Source of the DNA: Candidatus Hermodarchaeota archaeon
GTDB taxonomy: Archaea; Asgardarchaeota; Hermodarchaeia; Hermodarchaeales; Hermodarchaeaceae
Direction: 5' to 3'
Assembly (NCBI GenBank): GCA_016839805.1
Contig: JAEOTO010000031.1
Location: 128,001-192,000 of the forward strand
DNA: 64,000 nucleotides
This document shows, one piece after another, positions 10,456 to 19,246 of the stretch. A program made the position numbers and the translations under genes. The number at the start of each line of letters is the position of its first letter. Within the stretch, counting starts at the first letter, position 1. The notes beneath the pieces were generated by a model that was given only the letters and a program-made list of their open reading frames with translations, searched no databases and was not told the DNA's origin.

Positions 10456-10788
10456 GTGCGCAGGGTGAATGGCACCATGCACAAACGAAGAGGAGGGAAG
10501 TCGAAAAAATACATTCTTGCGGAATGGACGAAGGATGGACGGATCCGAAGATGGCGATTCTACGTCAAGACCCAAAGATTCCCCGCGCAGTATAATGAAT
10601 CCCAATCAATCTTAAACCATGGCAGGACACGGTTCGAGATGGATACGTTACGGGTGCGTCTCCCCATCACGCGGGATGGACGGCTCCAAGATTTTGAGCC
10701 CGAGATTTACACCTTATTGCATAACTATGTGGTTCTCACCGGTGGGGACGGTGCCAGTCTTCGAATCTGGTTATTCAATTCAGGTTGA
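10456..10788 (+). CDS. Hypothetical protein or gene fragment; 3' end duplicated at 13.7 kb
   Basis: C-terminal DGRLQDFEPEIY...SLRIWLFNSG recurs as DGRL*DFESEIY...SLRIWLFNSG at 13726-13839. Confidence 0.35.
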   Translation: MRRVNGTMHKRRGGKSKKYILAEWTKDGRIRRWRFYVKTQRFPAQYNESQSILNHGRTRFEMDTLRVRLPITRDGRLQDFEPEIYTLLHNYVVLTGGDGASLRIWLFNSG

Positions 10789-10848
10789 GGACTGTGTTGA
10801 TTCTACGGTTTGTGTCGATGCTTACAGCTCATAATGTGAAAACTACCC
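10675..10848 (+). repeat. ~170-bp direct repeat, copy 1
   Basis: Matches 13726-13899 (offset 3051); identical 78-bp core 10724-10801. Confidence 0.92.
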
Positions 10849-10938
10849 TGCCTGTGGAAACGGAAAAGATTATTTAAACTTCCACCCTTCTGTGCAAGAA
10901 AACCGAACGCTTATGGCGAATGCCGTTCTCTCAAGCGA

Positions 10939-11283
10939 TTACGCCTTTTCTTCAGGTGCAAGGGCACCGCCGAGTAGCGCTAATAGTCCGCCAATTGTTC
11001 CGCCGAATACCAGCCCTATAATGCCGGTGGCGATGAGGGCTGATTTGTGGTCGCTCGGTTCATGACGCCATTTGAACCAATAGATCGCGAGTATCAGCAA
11101 ACCGATGCCCCAGATGAGAAAAATTCCAGGGAAAATCATGAACAAAAAGAATGGAAGCCAAAAGAAGGACGGCCACATAATGAAGACAAAGAATATGCCC
11201 ACAGATAATAGAGCAATTGCGGCAATAAGTTGAAAGACTGCGCCAATTAAGACAAGAATTCTTGAGGTTTCGTCATCTGCCAT
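10939..11283 (-). CDS. Membrane protein (DUF4064-like), paralog of 11669-12049
   Basis: 3-4 TM; WFKWRHEPSDHK..LIATGIIGLVFGG; GGAGG RBS before ATG 11283. Confidence 0.75.
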   Translation of the reverse strand: MADDETSRILVLIGAVFQLIAAIALLSVGIFFVFIMWPSFFWLPFFLFMIFPGIFLIWGIGLLILAIYWFKWRHEPSDHKSALIATGIIGLVFGGTIGGLLALLGGALAPEEKA

Positions 11284-11668
11284 TGTTCTGCCTCCTCCAG
11301 AAGATTTGATAGGTTGACCGTAACAGGGATCCACTAGAGCTTCCTAAATTTCTCCTTATAACTTTGATGTTACCTTTTTCCAGAAGAATGGATTAACGTA
11401 TATTGTTAACACTTTTTGTTAAAACGCAGCCTAAAAGTGTCAAAACAGAGTGATTCCTCTTCTGTCATAGAAATTTTAGCTGCTGCACAGGTGCTGCGTT
11501 CCCTTGACACTTTCGGAATTTTAACATCTCAAGCCAGAAAAATTCCACTTTTTCTGGCCAACATGAATAGACGCTTATGAAATGCTTGTATAGAATTCTT
11601 TAAAATGCTCTTTAGCATTAATTAAGATCATCCTTGGAGGATAATAGCTGAGGGAGGTAACGCAGCCT

Positions 11669-12049
11669 GTGTCAAAAGAAGATACGATTCGAACGCTAGT
11701 TCTTGTAGGAATAATTCTCCAAATCATATTTATTGTAAACGCCTTCATCGGCGTCCTGTTTCTACCAGCAATCTTAGCAACTGTAATAACAGGGTTACCA
11801 ACACCTCCAGCAAGTGAGGCGTTAGCCTTTGTCACCATGTTCAACCAATTTCTCATCGGCTTGTATATGGTTCATGGAATCCTTGGAATCATGTATACAA
11901 TTCTCTGGTTCCAATGGCGACGTGACCCCAATGCCCATAGGACTGGTTTCATCGCCACAGGCGCCCTTGGGTTAATCTTTGGAGGCATGGTACCCGGGTT
12001 GATAGTGCTTATTGCAGGTTTTATGATACCAAAAGTAGAGAAAGTATAA
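11669..12049 (+). CDS. Membrane protein (DUF4064-like), paralog of 10939-11283
   Basis: WFQWRRDPNAHR..FIATGALGLIFGG; GGAGG RBS. Confidence 0.75.
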   Translation: MSKEDTIRTLVLVGIILQIIFIVNAFIGVLFLPAILATVITGLPTPPASEALAFVTMFNQFLIGLYMVHGILGIMYTILWFQWRRDPNAHRTGFIATGALGLIFGGMVPGLIVLIAGFMIPKVEKV

Positions 12050-12338
12050 CTAGCCTTGAAACACCGAACTCCTTAGTAAACTGAGTTGTTTTAGATTCAG
12101 TGGATAATAGAGGTATATTGGATCCTCATGCTATGAGGCAGTAAGGAAATCCGAGCCGCTCTCATTTAAGGAATCATTAACTTTGTGTTCTCAAGTTACT
12201 TTGTGTTCACTTTGAGTACTGCAATCTGATTCTAGTCCATCAGACTAGAAATACTCGGTCAAACAATGACAATGGAACTCACACTGATATACTTCTGCTA
12301 ACAAATGAAATTGAAGATGTTTATGAAGTGTAGGAACG

Positions 12339-12470
12339 ATGGTGAAGAAGGTAAAAATTAAACGAATTAGAGAGAAACCAGAACGTCCACCGCAAAAGAA
12401 AGCAAAGAAGTGGAGAAAATCACAAAAGAAACAAAATCTTCGTGGATATCCAAAAAGAGCTGGGGTGTAA
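12339..12470 (+). CDS. Small highly basic 43-aa peptide
   Basis: MVKKVKIKRIREKPERPPQKKAKKWRKSQKKQNLRGYPKRAGV, 19 K/R. Confidence 0.4.
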   Translation: MVKKVKIKRIREKPERPPQKKAKKWRKSQKKQNLRGYPKRAGV

Positions 12471-12477
12471 ATAATTG

Positions 12478-12849
12478 GTGAAAACTGGTTTTCTGAATAG
12501 TTGAAGTAATCGTGTCTTTTTCACGCTTCTGGCAATATTGCTGGTGCCGCTGTTAAGTGTCGCAGTCCTCGCGGTCCTGATTGGCGGATTCGGGACAATT
12601 GCAGCTGGAATGGTCTGCGCGCTTAGTTTAGCACTAGTCTACTACGTTCACCGTCGTACAAGAAGGAGAGACTGGCAACGTGGGGTTAGATGGATTTCCC
12701 TCTTCTCCTGTGCATGTGCAGCTATTTATACTGGAGCCCAGTTGAACTACTCTATTATCGCATTATCCTTAGCAAGCGTGTTCTTGGTTTTGGCTATGCT
12801 TGAGGTTGGTCTTCTTTGTGGAAGGTTCTTGAAACCAAAACTGGAGTAA
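12478..12849 (+). pseudogene. Membrane protein, probably interrupted by in-frame TGA at 12502-12504 (or short gene from 12538)
   Basis: Hydrophobic frame extends upstream of the track start through a single stop to GTG 12478. Confidence 0.4.
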
Positions 12850-12868
12850 AAGAACCCATTGAAAAGAC

Positions 12869-13360
12869 TTGGTTGAGGTATGGTTTTTGCAGAGTAATGG
12901 GAGTCAAAAGGTTGACATAAAGTGGTTTGATAAAGCTCGGAATCGCTTACTAGTGGTGACCCTGACTATTTGGATGGCGTTGGCAGCCCTTGTGGGCCGT
13001 ACGTGGTTCCTAGCAATAAAGTATCTTCCAATTTATGGGCCTCCTCCTGAGATTCTGGCGGCAGTAGAGTTCTTTTTCTTCTTTCGGATAGGTTACGGGT
13101 GGCTCTTCGTCGCTGTCTGCACGAGTCTTGTCATTCTCCTTCAGGTCTTTATGACGCGGGCTCAATTGCGGCATATCGGCACGACCACAGCAGGGAATAG
13201 CATCCTCCTGCTAGCTATTGTCATCGGAGGGATAATCAGAATAATGTGGTATCCCATGGTGGATGGATACATGGTCAGTATCCTGCCTTATTTCCTGTTA
13301 CTACTTGTAGGGCTGGGGCTTCCAGGATTCCTACCTACCTATGTTCTCTATGGACGGTGA
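12869..13360 (+). CDS. Hypothetical membrane protein (4 TM)
   Basis: 163-aa ORF with four hydrophobic segments. Confidence 0.6.
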   Translation: MVEVWFLQSNGSQKVDIKWFDKARNRLLVVTLTIWMALAALVGRTWFLAIKYLPIYGPPPEILAAVEFFFFFRIGYGWLFVAVCTSLVILLQVFMTRAQLRHIGTTTAGNSILLLAIVIGGIIRIMWYPMVDGYMVSILPYFLLLLVGLGLPGFLPTYVLYGR

Positions 13361-13544
13361 GAAACCCAACATCAGAGGATGCTGATCTTGTTGGGCTGGC
13401 GTCTTCAAGTCAGCAAATGAAAAGGTAATTGTTTACCTGCACACCTAGCTGATGCCAACGACTAGTCGATTTGTCTTGTCCCTACCTCGAGTATTACCTC
13501 TGCTATTTTCTTCGAGATTTCTATACGGTAAATTGGCATACGCT

Positions 13545-13725
13545 CATCAAAGGCTACACGAAATCAAGCACAATCCTAGAAGATCGGTATACTCACCTAG
13601 TCGATGGTGATCGGGTCGCGGCGTTCCTGGAATCCGAAGGACTCGAAACACCTACGGTACCAGAACCGGAGCAACTCGAAGACGCTCCTGAACCAATCGT
13701 TTGTCCCCGTTGCGAATTTGAGAAC
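13545..13725 (+). pseudogene. C-terminal remnant of archaeal tyrosine integrase
   Basis: GYTKSS...RYTHLVDGD...L..EG...PEPIVCPRCEFEN resembles the catalytic-Tyr region plus Zn-ribbon tail of archaeal integrases; truncated at repeat copy 2. Confidence 0.65.
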
Positions 13726-13899
13726 GATGGACGGCTCTAGGATTTTGAGTCTGAGATTTACGCGTTGTTGCAGGACTATGTGGTTCTCACCGGTGGGGAC
13801 GGTGCCAGTCTTCGAATCTGGTTATTCAATTCAGGTTGAGGACTGTGTTGATCCTACGTTTTGTGTAGATGCCCACAGCTCATAATGAGAAACCCACCC
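13726..13899 (+). repeat. ~170-bp direct repeat, copy 2
   Basis: Matches 10675-10848; identical core 13775-13852. Confidence 0.92.
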
Positions 13900-14228
13900 G
13901 GGCTTTTCATCTTTGCGAGTTAATTTAAACTCAACAGAGAGAGCGTAAGAAGACAGAAGTTTTTTCAAGTTTCTACAACGGGTTGTTCCTCCGTTAGTGA
14001 ATGTGTTCTCGAAATTCCCGCAACAAAACACGATCACTGAAGGAATGAAAAAGGCTGCCGATACAATTAAACTTGACTAGGCTCCGTATGTGACAATCAG
14101 TTGAACCATGTAGGAAATCATAGTGTTTATTTGTTGCAATCTTACTGTAGTGGTGGAGTCTTCGCGGCATGTTTAAGTTCACTTAAAAGTTTGATATCCG
14201 AAATAAGTACCATTGAGAACCCAGCATC

Positions 14229-14483
14229 TTATCGGTCTTGGAATCTGACAAGGATGAATTCGGTTGTCCGTGAGGGCACAGCGGTCCATATTACCTCAAA
14301 TTGCTGGCTAATCCGGTCGATATCGGATACACGCAGTGAAGTCAACTGATTGGTGTAGAAGGTGACATAGGTACTACCCGAGAGTTCTTCACGCACGGTC
14401 ACCTGTCGAACCCAGTGTTGAAACTCCGGACTTTTCAAGACTGTGGCTAACCGTTCTGCATCACTCCGCTTCAAGCCGACCAC
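14229..14483 (-). CDS. Hypothetical protein
   Basis: 84-aa ORF with protein-like alpha/beta pattern; no family recognised. Confidence 0.4.
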   Translation of the reverse strand: MVGLKRSDAERLATVLKSPEFQHWVRQVTVREELSGSTYVTFYTNQLTSLRVSDIDRISQQFEVIWTAVPSRTTEFILVRFQDR

Positions 14484-15106
14484 CTCGCGTTCACAGGGAT
14501 ATAGCAGTCAAGAGGTCAAAAGTCCTAGCCAAGATTCACTTCAACCCGAAATACAGAGTACTGGACTTAATAGAGTGATACTGATAATCGCTAATTTCTA
14601 TTAACGCAAACGGTATGTCGCTTACAGAGAGTACTCTGAGACGTCCCTCAGTTAGAGTAACCCTTCTCGCCGTGTTGACCGGGCAAAAGAAGATCAATTG
14701 CTTTCACAGCTACTGATCGAGGTTATTCTACTAAAGTAACAAAAGAGTATCTCCTTATCGATCGAGAATGGGTTCTGGGGCACTGAGTAATCAAACAATA
14801 TACAAAAAGTTGTCTGATATCAGAAGTGGCGAGTGTTTGCATAACTATTAAGACTGCTTAAAAGTGAATTATGATGTTTGTTTGAGCAAGCGAGCCGTGC
14901 GGTTTCATGAGGATTAAGAATTCGTGATTTTTATTACGAGATAATTAAGAGCCAAATCCTCTCTCCATTCCAACTACCCACTTCGTAATAACATATCAAT
15001 TCATTGAATTCTTATGAGTGTTGAGTCAGCATTTTCTGCAGGTAAGCTTGGTACAGAATCACGGCTAACCGAGACCTGCTCATACTGCTTACGAAAGACG
15101 CCCAAC

Positions 15107-16999
15107 TCAAATCTGCATAATCAGCATAAACGCCACCAACAACGTATAAATCGCCAGCGCCTCCGCCAACACTACCGGCACCATCGACTTGCTAAACACT
15201 TCCGGCTTGTTCACTAAGGCTCCAACCATCGATGCACCAGCCCAACCAATTGCCACACCAGCGACTAATCCACCAAGGCCAACAGTGAGTGCAGCAGACA
15301 ACCCCGTGAATGCTGTCGCCATGGTGACTGCATCCATCCGCATCACCAACATAAATGCGGCAAGTAGACCATAGATCCCAAGTGCCTCTGCCAACACCAC
15401 GCTAACAAGTCCTTTACTAAAGGTCTCAGGTGCAAAGCGAAGACTCGCACACAACGCAGCACCCCCAAGCCCAATACCAATACCTCCACCTAACGCAGCC
15501 AGTGAAATTGACGATCCCGCTGAAATCGCTAACACACCCTGGGCCATCGCTTGTGCAACATCCGGTGCAGCCGCAACCGAGTCAATCCGCATCACGACCA
15601 TAAACCCAATTAACAAACCATAAATGCCCAAAGCTTCGGCTAACACGACGCTCACGAGTCCCTTGCTAAACGCCTCAGGGCGTTCTGCAATCGTTTGACT
15701 CAACGATTCCCCGGCATAAGCGATTCCAAATCCCGCACCAATACACGCCACACCAATCGCGATACCCGCTCCTATACCCATGAATCCTTGCGCCACAGCA
15801 AAACCTGGATCTGCACTCAATCCGTCGATACGCATAATCAACATGAAACTCAACAAAAGCCCATAGATTCCAAGTGCCTCTGCTAACACTACGCTGACAA
15901 GGCTCTTTGAAAAGGCATCTGGTGCGCGTACCAGGCTTCGACTCAACGCACCACCGGCTTTGGCAATACCATAGCCGGCACCGATAGCCGCCATCCCTAT
16001 CGCCATCCCAGCCGCTAGACCCACTAATCCCTCGCCGAAGAGGGTGACTTGTTCTATCCGCATAAGCAACATGAAACTAGCTAAAAGTCCATAGATTCCG
16101 AGTGCTTCCGCTAACACCACGGCGACCAAGCCTTTGCTGAATATCTCCGGTCGCTCAACCAGACTATCCGAAAGCGCTTCGCCTGCTGAGGCAATACCTA
16201 CTCCTGCCCCAAGGGCAGCGAGTCCTATCGCCAACCCTGCAGCTAAGGCAATAGTTCCAGCTGCAAGTTGTTGTTCAAGGGGTCCGGTGATGGTTTCAAT
16301 TCGCATTAAAAGCATGAAACTGGCGAGGAGACCATAAATCCCCAAAGCTTCTGCCAAGACCACGCTGACTAGCCCCTTACTAAAGGTTTCAGGAGCGCGG
16401 ACAAGGCTCTTGCACAGCGATGAGCCCGATTTGGCGATACCGACACCAGCACCAACCGCAGCAATTCCGATAGCGAGGCCAGCCGCAATTGCGATGAGGC
16501 CAGCACCAGGGTTGGTGACAACGGCACCTTCGATACGCATCAGGAGCATAAAGCTCGCAAGCAAACCATAAATTCCAAGTGCCTCCGCTAAGACCACAGA
16601 GACGAGTGCTTTGCTGAAGGTTTCAGGTGCTTCCGCTAAGCTGGTACACATGCTGCTCCCCGCATAGGCGATACCAATACCCGCACCGATGGCAGCGATT
16701 CCTATGCTGAGACCGGCACCGAGGGCAATCATGCCTTGGACCATATTGGTGATGCTAGGTAATCGCATCAAAATCATAAACGATGCCAAAAGTCCATAGA
16801 TCCCGAGTGCTTCGGCTAATACGACGGCGATCATGCTTTTACTGAAGGTTTCGGGTTTTTCGGCGATGGTGCCGATCATGGCGCTGCCGCTGAAGCCGAT
16901 GCCGATGGCTGCGCCTGCTGCGCCGAGGCCGGCGGCGAGGAGGGCGCCGAAGGTGGCGAGAACCTGTCCCATGGCTTCAGGGGGAATCAGCTGCAGCAT
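15107..16999 (-). CDS. atpK: A/V-type ATP synthase proteolipid subunit K (c) with eight fused hairpins
   Basis: Eight copies of P(E/D)xFSKxxxxVVLAEAL(G/A)IY, each preceded by a Gly/Ala-rich inner helix; directly downstream of atpI. Confidence 0.96.
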   Translation of the reverse strand: MLQLIPPEAMGQVLATFGALLAAGLGAAGAAIGIGFSGSAMIGTIAEKPETFSKSMIAVVLAEALGIYGLLASFMILMRLPSITNMVQGMIALGAGLSIGIAAIGAGIGIAYAGSSMCTSLAEAPETFSKALVSVVLAEALGIYGLLASFMLLMRIEGAVVTNPGAGLIAIAAGLAIGIAAVGAGVGIAKSGSSLCKSLVRAPETFSKGLVSVVLAEALGIYGLLASFMLLMRIETITGPLEQQLAAGTIALAAGLAIGLAALGAGVGIASAGEALSDSLVERPEIFSKGLVAVVLAEALGIYGLLASFMLLMRIEQVTLFGEGLVGLAAGMAIGMAAIGAGYGIAKAGGALSRSLVRAPDAFSKSLVSVVLAEALGIYGLLLSFMLIMRIDGLSADPGFAVAQGFMGIGAGIAIGVACIGAGFGIAYAGESLSQTIAERPEAFSKGLVSVVLAEALGIYGLLIGFMVVMRIDSVAAAPDVAQAMAQGVLAISAGSSISLAALGGGIGIGLGGAALCASLRFAPETFSKGLVSVVLAEALGIYGLLAAFMLVMRMDAVTMATAFTGLSAALTVGLGGLVAGVAIGWAGASMVGALVNKPEVFSKSMVPVVLAEALAIYTLLVAFMLIMQI

Positions 17000-17005
17000 T
17001 GTCTA

Positions 17006-18964
17006 TCACTTCGTTGGCGTAGCTAGAATAGTGGTTGTCCATTGATCAGGGAGACTGAGAGGTTTGTATTCATATCCGGTTCCTGCGTAGAATTTCAGGT
17101 AGGCTTCCACCCAATGCAAACGAAGGGTGTGGATAAAGGAGAGGAGACCTTCCATGAGGAGGACGAAGACGGTGCCGAGGAGGAGCATGCCAATGAGGGA
17201 GACGAGGAACATGAGGCCTTCTGCACCGAGTTGGGCGAGGATGCCGTTGATTTCGGCTGCGGCGACGCCTCCAATAAAGAGGAATGTCTTGGCGAATCCG
17301 GCGTGGGCCATGTTTAGGGCAAGAATTCGGGAGTAGCTGATGGTGTTGCTGATGCTTTCGATGAGTTTTTCGATGCCTTCCATGAAGCCTTCCATCATCC
17401 CGAAGACGACGATGCCACCGACGAACATGACTACAGCGGGTAATATAAGAAAGAGGACCATGTCGACGATTGGCCAGCTCATGAAGTTGATGCCATAGTT
17501 AAAAATCATATAGGCAAGACCCCAGAGGAAGAGGAGCCAGATAATTGGACCGAAGATGGCGTGTTTCCAGTCGCGGTGGCGGATTTTGTTGATAGCATCA
17601 ATCCCGATGGCAATGCTAAGGTGGATGAAGCCGATCATGATACTCATAACGAAGAGGAGCCAGGTGGGGCTCGCGATGGTTGGGGGAAGGTGTTCAGGCA
17701 TTTCAAAGGCGCTAAACCAGATAGGAGTGGTGTGGCCATGAGCGGGGTCCAGGATCCAGGCGTTGAAGGGACTATGCGGATCAATGAACCAGTTGATGCC
17801 GCCTTCAAAGTCGAAGAACCGGAAAAGACCTAGTAACAGATTCTTCATCGTCTCACCAAAAGGCGAATACTTGAGCTGCTGGTACACAAGGACCCCATTG
17901 ATTTGCAACCCAGTGATGTCAATGCCAAGAAATTCGCCATACAAGATGCCAAAAAAGACGGATGCAATCGCAATAACCATGATAAAGCCAGAGCCTTGGA
18001 TGAAGTAGTTGACCATTTCGCCCGCATCAACTTTGCGGCGTTTAGCTATGAACCCAAGCAGGGCAAAGAAAAAGAGGAGTATTCCGTGACCGATATCGCC
18101 AAACATGAGGCCAAAGATAATTGGGAAGCCGAGCATCATGAACCAGGTGGGGTCGATTTCTCTGTGGCTGGGATTGCCGAAGGCGTTGGTGAGTTTTTCG
18201 GCGCTGCGTGCCCAGCGTGAGTTTTTCTGTTGAGTGGGTGGAGCGGTTGGTTCTTCGGATTCGACGGCGCCTTCAAGTGGTCCGGTATCGGCGGGGTAGT
18301 GTCCGTGGGTGGGATGGTCGATATGTTTGTGGATTTCGATGGCGATGAGGTCGCTGTTATGTTGATCGATGGTTTTGGTGAATTGTTTAACTTTCTTTGA
18401 GGGTATCCACCCATACATGATGTAAGTGCGATGAGTTTTACCGAAGAGGGTTTTAGTTTCTTCAAGATCGTGTTCGCGTTTGACGATTTCTTCCCAGCCG
18501 AGGAGTTCACGGCGTTTCTCGTTGGCATAGGCTTCGATTTTCTTTTTGGTTGCTTTTTTTGCCTTCTTTTCTCCTGCGGTTTCAGCGGTTTCGAGCTCTT
18601 GGGTGAGGTCTTGAAAGTCATCTTCAATGTTTTTGAGGTGTTTTTCAACTGATTCAAAATAGGTTTGGTCAGGAACAGGGGGTACTTCTAATTTGTTTTT
18701 GATCTTTCCTCCACGGTATACTTTCATGTCACTGATGAGTGTACTGATACGTGTGAGAAGGTTGGAGAGGTAGTAGTAGCGTTCGGAGGGTTCTACTGGT
18801 TTGAGGGCTTTGAGATGCTTCTTTTTACTTTCTTTGACATCTGAAAAGTGTATGAGTTCTGTACTGGCAATAAGGCGTAGAGCTGTGTCTAGATTCGTGT
18901 CGAGGACTACGGCTGTGAAGTTACTCATTTTCGCTGGGAGCATCGGAGCCAATTTTTCCACCAT
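17006..18964 (-). CDS. atpI: A/V-type ATP synthase subunit I (a)
   Basis: GWIP, EIDPT, FGLMFGDIGHG, GILYGEFLG, SNTISYSRILAL (essential Arg), LRLHWVE. Confidence 0.96.
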   Translation of the reverse strand: MVEKLAPMLPAKMSNFTAVVLDTNLDTALRLIASTELIHFSDVKESKKKHLKALKPVEPSERYYYLSNLLTRISTLISDMKVYRGGKIKNKLEVPPVPDQTYFESVEKHLKNIEDDFQDLTQELETAETAGEKKAKKATKKKIEAYANEKRRELLGWEEIVKREHDLEETKTLFGKTHRTYIMYGWIPSKKVKQFTKTIDQHNSDLIAIEIHKHIDHPTHGHYPADTGPLEGAVESEEPTAPPTQQKNSRWARSAEKLTNAFGNPSHREIDPTWFMMLGFPIIFGLMFGDIGHGILLFFFALLGFIAKRRKVDAGEMVNYFIQGSGFIMVIAIASVFFGILYGEFLGIDITGLQINGVLVYQQLKYSPFGETMKNLLLGLFRFFDFEGGINWFIDPHSPFNAWILDPAHGHTTPIWFSAFEMPEHLPPTIASPTWLLFVMSIMIGFIHLSIAIGIDAINKIRHRDWKHAIFGPIIWLLFLWGLAYMIFNYGINFMSWPIVDMVLFLILPAVVMFVGGIVVFGMMEGFMEGIEKLIESISNTISYSRILALNMAHAGFAKTFLFIGGVAAAEINGILAQLGAEGLMFLVSLIGMLLLGTVFVLLMEGLLSFIHTLRLHWVEAYLKFYAGTGYEYKPLSLPDQWTTTILATPTK

Positions 18965-19246
18965 CAACGCTGAATTGCTTGTTTAGGAAATGAGGTACAC
19001 CAGTAACTGTGTGGGTAAAAAAGGCTTCCTCTTATTTGGGCTCTGCCGCTTGCCTTGCCCATAACATTTATGTGGAATACTGTAATCATCGAGCATTGGT
19101 GAAAGCCAATGGGGTATTTAGTTTGCAGTTAGCAGCACACTAGTAACAGGATACTCCATTTCGTTTTCGAAAATTTTTGTTAATCCCTTACAATCCTTTC
19201 TGAGTCAATGGAAGGGTTACAGAAAACCAAATGGAGGATTTCTGTC

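Noticed and set aside
10750-10775. CCAG-TCTTCGAAT-CTGG hairpin in the repeat core resembling a tRNA T-arm (att site)
   Set aside because: Loop size is wrong and no acceptor, D or anticodon arms could be built on either strand
12502-12504. In-frame TGA as selenocysteine
   Set aside because: No redox motif context or recognisable SECIS; lies in a decaying region
14484-15100. ~600-bp non-coding stretch as possible ncRNA
   Set aside because: No tRNA/rRNA signature, repeat array or convincing structure found by eye; a covariance-model search would be needed
15107-16999. Eight-fold repeat as an assembly artefact or CRISPR-like array
   Set aside because: Copies differ at synonymous sites and in linker length while keeping one open frame; it is a protein repeat
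18136-18657. 173-aa alternative-frame ORF inside atpI, and similar overlapping or antisense ORFs in the track
   Set aside because: Shadow frames of well-supported genes with no recognisable motifs
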